The position numbers were made by a program, and so were the translations under genes. Shown here one piece after another: positions 62,046-64,000 of a stretch of DNA of 64,000 bases. Under the pieces are notes generated by a model. That model did no database searches, was not told the origin of the DNA, and worked only from the letters and a program-made list of their open reading frames with translations. Positions within the stretch are counted from its first letter, which is position 1. Every line of letters begins with the position of its first letter. This DNA comes from an uncultured virus (IMG/VR IMGVR_UViG_3300049259_000045) (lineage: Duplodnaviria; Heunggongvirae; Uroviricota; Caudoviricetes), in the IMG/VR virus record IMGVR_UViG_3300049259_000045. One strand, given 5' to 3'.

Positions 62046-62804
62046 TCACAAAGATATTCGCCGATACGCGGCTGTGGTAGCTAGCATCCCAAAGCCAATG
62101 TATCCGCTGGTATTGGTCGACCCGGTAGGGGTCGGCGATACGATAGCGTCCGGAGAGCAGGTGTACCGGGGTGCCGTTGTATCGAAGTTATCAACCGGAG
62201 AGCAGGTGTACGCCACGCCAGCCGGATCGGTGTAGGTCCAACCGGCGGGAGGCTGTCCGGGGGTCCCGTCGGTGCCGTCTCGACCGTCTGTACCGTTAGT
62301 TCCGTCCTTGCCCGCAGCGCCAGCGACTCCGGCCACGCCTTGGTCTCCCTGAGGTCCGGGAACCGTCGAGTCCGCTCCAGGCAGGCCCTGAGCGCCAGAG
62401 GGTCCGGGAACCGTCGAGTCCGCCCCCGGTGACCCAGCGACACCCCTCGGACCCGTGGGACCAGGCTCCGGGGACGCTGCAGCTCCGGCCTTTCCTGAGG
62501 CTCCCGAAGCCCCCGGAGAACCCGCCGGTCCAGCCGGTCCGGTGACCGCCGGTCCAGGCTCCCCTCGACTGCCGGGGGGACCAGCGACTGGAGACGCGCC
62601 CAACTGCTGCACCTGCCGAGCCAGGGCGTCCCGAGCAGCGTTCGCTTGCGACAGGTCGTGGCTAAGTCCCTGCAAAGTGACGACTATCCACGTTAGTACG
62701 CCCACAGCGGCCAGGACTTTGGCCGCAAACCACGCATCCTCAATGCGGCGATTCGGCGGTTCTTCCGTAGGAAGGTCCTTCGTCTCTTGACGATGGGAAC
62801 TCAC
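62046..62804 (-). CDS. Membrane-anchored collagen-like protein
   Basis: N-terminal TM, coiled coil, GXY repeats, C-terminal Cys pair. Confidence 0.75.
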   Translation of the reverse strand: MSSHRQETKDLPTEEPPNRRIEDAWFAAKVLAAVGVLTWIVVTLQGLSHDLSQANAARDALARQVQQLGASPVAGPPGSRGEPGPAVTGPAGPAGSPGASGASGKAGAAASPEPGPTGPRGVAGSPGADSTVPGPSGAQGLPGADSTVPGPQGDQGVAGVAGAAGKDGTNGTDGRDGTDGTPGQPPAGWTYTDPAGVAYTCSPVDNFDTTAPRYTCSPDAIVSPTPTGSTNTSGYIGFGMLATTAAYRRISL

Positions 62805-63121
62805 CCACCCGCTCCCTTCGCTGCAATATACGCTGTCAGCAGCACCAGCAATACAGGCACGACCAGCGCCGTTAGTATCAAGCGTCGGTCCTGTGCCCGC
62901 TGTTTTTCCTTCTCGCGAGCGGCCTCTTCCAGCGCCTTGACGCGCTCCACCAACAGCCGATGACCTTCGTCGCGGGCTTGTTGTTCGAGCAGATATCGCT
63001 CTACAGACACCCGCTTGTCTATCAGTACACCGAGCTGCCTGATATCATCGCGAATGTCGCCGACCCGATCCTCAAAGCGTCGTGCGAGTTCGCCCAAGGT
63101 CGGGTCGTCGGCCACGTGCAC
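62801..63121 (-). CDS. Coiled-coil membrane protein (lysis accessory/holin-like)
   Basis: PTLGELARR...C-terminal TM. Confidence 0.6.
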   Translation of the reverse strand: MHVADDPTLGELARRFEDRVGDIRDDIRQLGVLIDKRVSVERYLLEQQARDEGHRLLVERVKALEEAAREKEKQRAQDRRLILTALVVPVLLVLLTAYIAAKGAGG

Positions 63122-63146
63122 CCCCGGGGGTCAACCTATGCAGGTT

Positions 63147-63425
63147 TTACAGGTCGTCATCGTCGTCGTCATACAGCACACCAAACACCGAATGAGAAAC
63201 AAACGCGGCGTGGTCGAGCATCGCGGCCATAGATGCAGCCTGCTCCTCGGGTGTCCGGTCGTCCTCTCCGGACAGACCGCGCGCGAACCCTTCGGCGGCA
63301 AGTTGGCCGAACGAAGGTCCTACCCGCTTCCACGGTCGGCCAAACGGCACCCCTGCAAACACCAGGGAGATGGACCGAGCAATGCCGAGCCGGTGCAGAA
63401 TGTACTTCGGCCGGTACTTCTTCAC
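63147..63425 (-). CDS. Hypothetical protein
   Basis: GTGA coupling. Confidence 0.45.
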   Translation of the reverse strand: MKKYRPKYILHRLGIARSISLVFAGVPFGRPWKRVGPSFGQLAAEGFARGLSGEDDRTPEEQAASMAAMLDHAAFVSHSVFGVLYDDDDDDL

Positions 63426-63877
63426 AGCGTCAGATCCCCGAAGTCACGCTCTGCTCGGTTGGTCATCTCTTCGGTGAGCTTCGCGATCTGTGCGTCGATG
63501 TCGTCTACCGTGAGGATCTGAACCTTGGTAGCGCTGTCCAGGCCAAGCATCTTGGCTCGACGCTCCAGGATTCGGATAGCCACCTCGACAGAGCGGGGAG
63601 TGCCGCGTTCGATGCCGGGTTGCAGCGCCAACAGCATCTGGTCCATCCGGCGGCACTCGATCTCGCGCAGAACTTCGACACTGTGATCGGGCGTGGTCAG
63701 CTGCTTGGCCAACGCCTCGTAGATGTCTGCACTGGCAGCGGCCGGACTGACGTAGTTCAACTCAGCGGCAATATCCTCGGGAGAGTACCCGGCAATTCGC
63801 ATCTTGACGGCCTTACCCCGCCGAATCTGTCGCTTCGACCGAGTTGACCGAGTTGCGTCGATAGTGGTCTCAGTCAT
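63422..63877 (-). CDS. Terminase small subunit (HTH)
   Basis: RIAGYSPEDIAAELNY...RMD...ERRAKMLGLD; SD AAGGAGG. Confidence 0.7.
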   Translation of the reverse strand: MTETTIDATRSTRSKRQIRRGKAVKMRIAGYSPEDIAAELNYVSPAAASADIYEALAKQLTTPDHSVEVLREIECRRMDQMLLALQPGIERGTPRSVEVAIRILERRAKMLGLDSATKVQILTVDDIDAQIAKLTEEMTNRAERDFGDLTL

Positions 63878-64000
63878 GCCGGTACCACCTCCTTAGGGTC
63901 TCTGTTCTTGTTGTGGGGAAGCGGGGGAGCCACGGGGGGGGTTCCGTCCTCGCCCTTGGGCGGGAGTTCGAGCAGGTTGTACCGAACGCCCTTAGGGGTC

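Noticed and set aside
62250..62590. DNA repeats in the collagen-like gene (similar short repeats occur in the tape measure gene)
   Set aside because: Explained by protein repeats (GXY, AAKS); no repeat-spacer pattern, so not CRISPR.
50..63847. Many long plus-strand ORFs (e.g. 48043-50616, 46131-48020, 37181-39184, 53566-55545)
   Set aside because: They are antisense shadows of minus-strand genes caused by high-GC codon bias and show no recognisable motifs.

Overview
About 64 kb of a high-GC actinobacterial siphovirus; the host is probably Streptomyces-like, inferred from protein families and HrdB-type promoters. Almost all genes are on the minus strand. In transcription order (right to left): terminase small subunit, two membrane proteins, an initiator tRNA, an uncharacterised helical protein followed by a structured RNA with two circularly permuted tRNA-like (YrlA/Y-RNA-like) domains, terminase large subunit, tailspike, a portal-MuF-ParB-NUDIX fusion, protease/scaffold, major capsid, head-tail and tail genes, a two-gene lysin, an early region (HTH, NlpC/P60, HNH, exonuclease, SLOG), a ~2.2 kb non-coding RNA island (one true tRNA-Ile plus several tRNA mimics lacking a normal anticodon arm), Sak4-like ATPase, SSB, primase-polymerase/helicase, a repeat-rich putative origin, DinG helicase, family A DNA polymerase, DnaQ, RuvC, and a 2-aminoadenine (Z-DNA) cluster (PurZ0-type synthetase, all-alpha NTP pyrophosphohydrolase-like protein, DUF3307-like protein, and a truncated deoxyribosyltransferase-dUTPase fusion). 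No integrase or CRISPR array was seen. All family calls come from reading motifs by eye; no database searches or folding programs were run.
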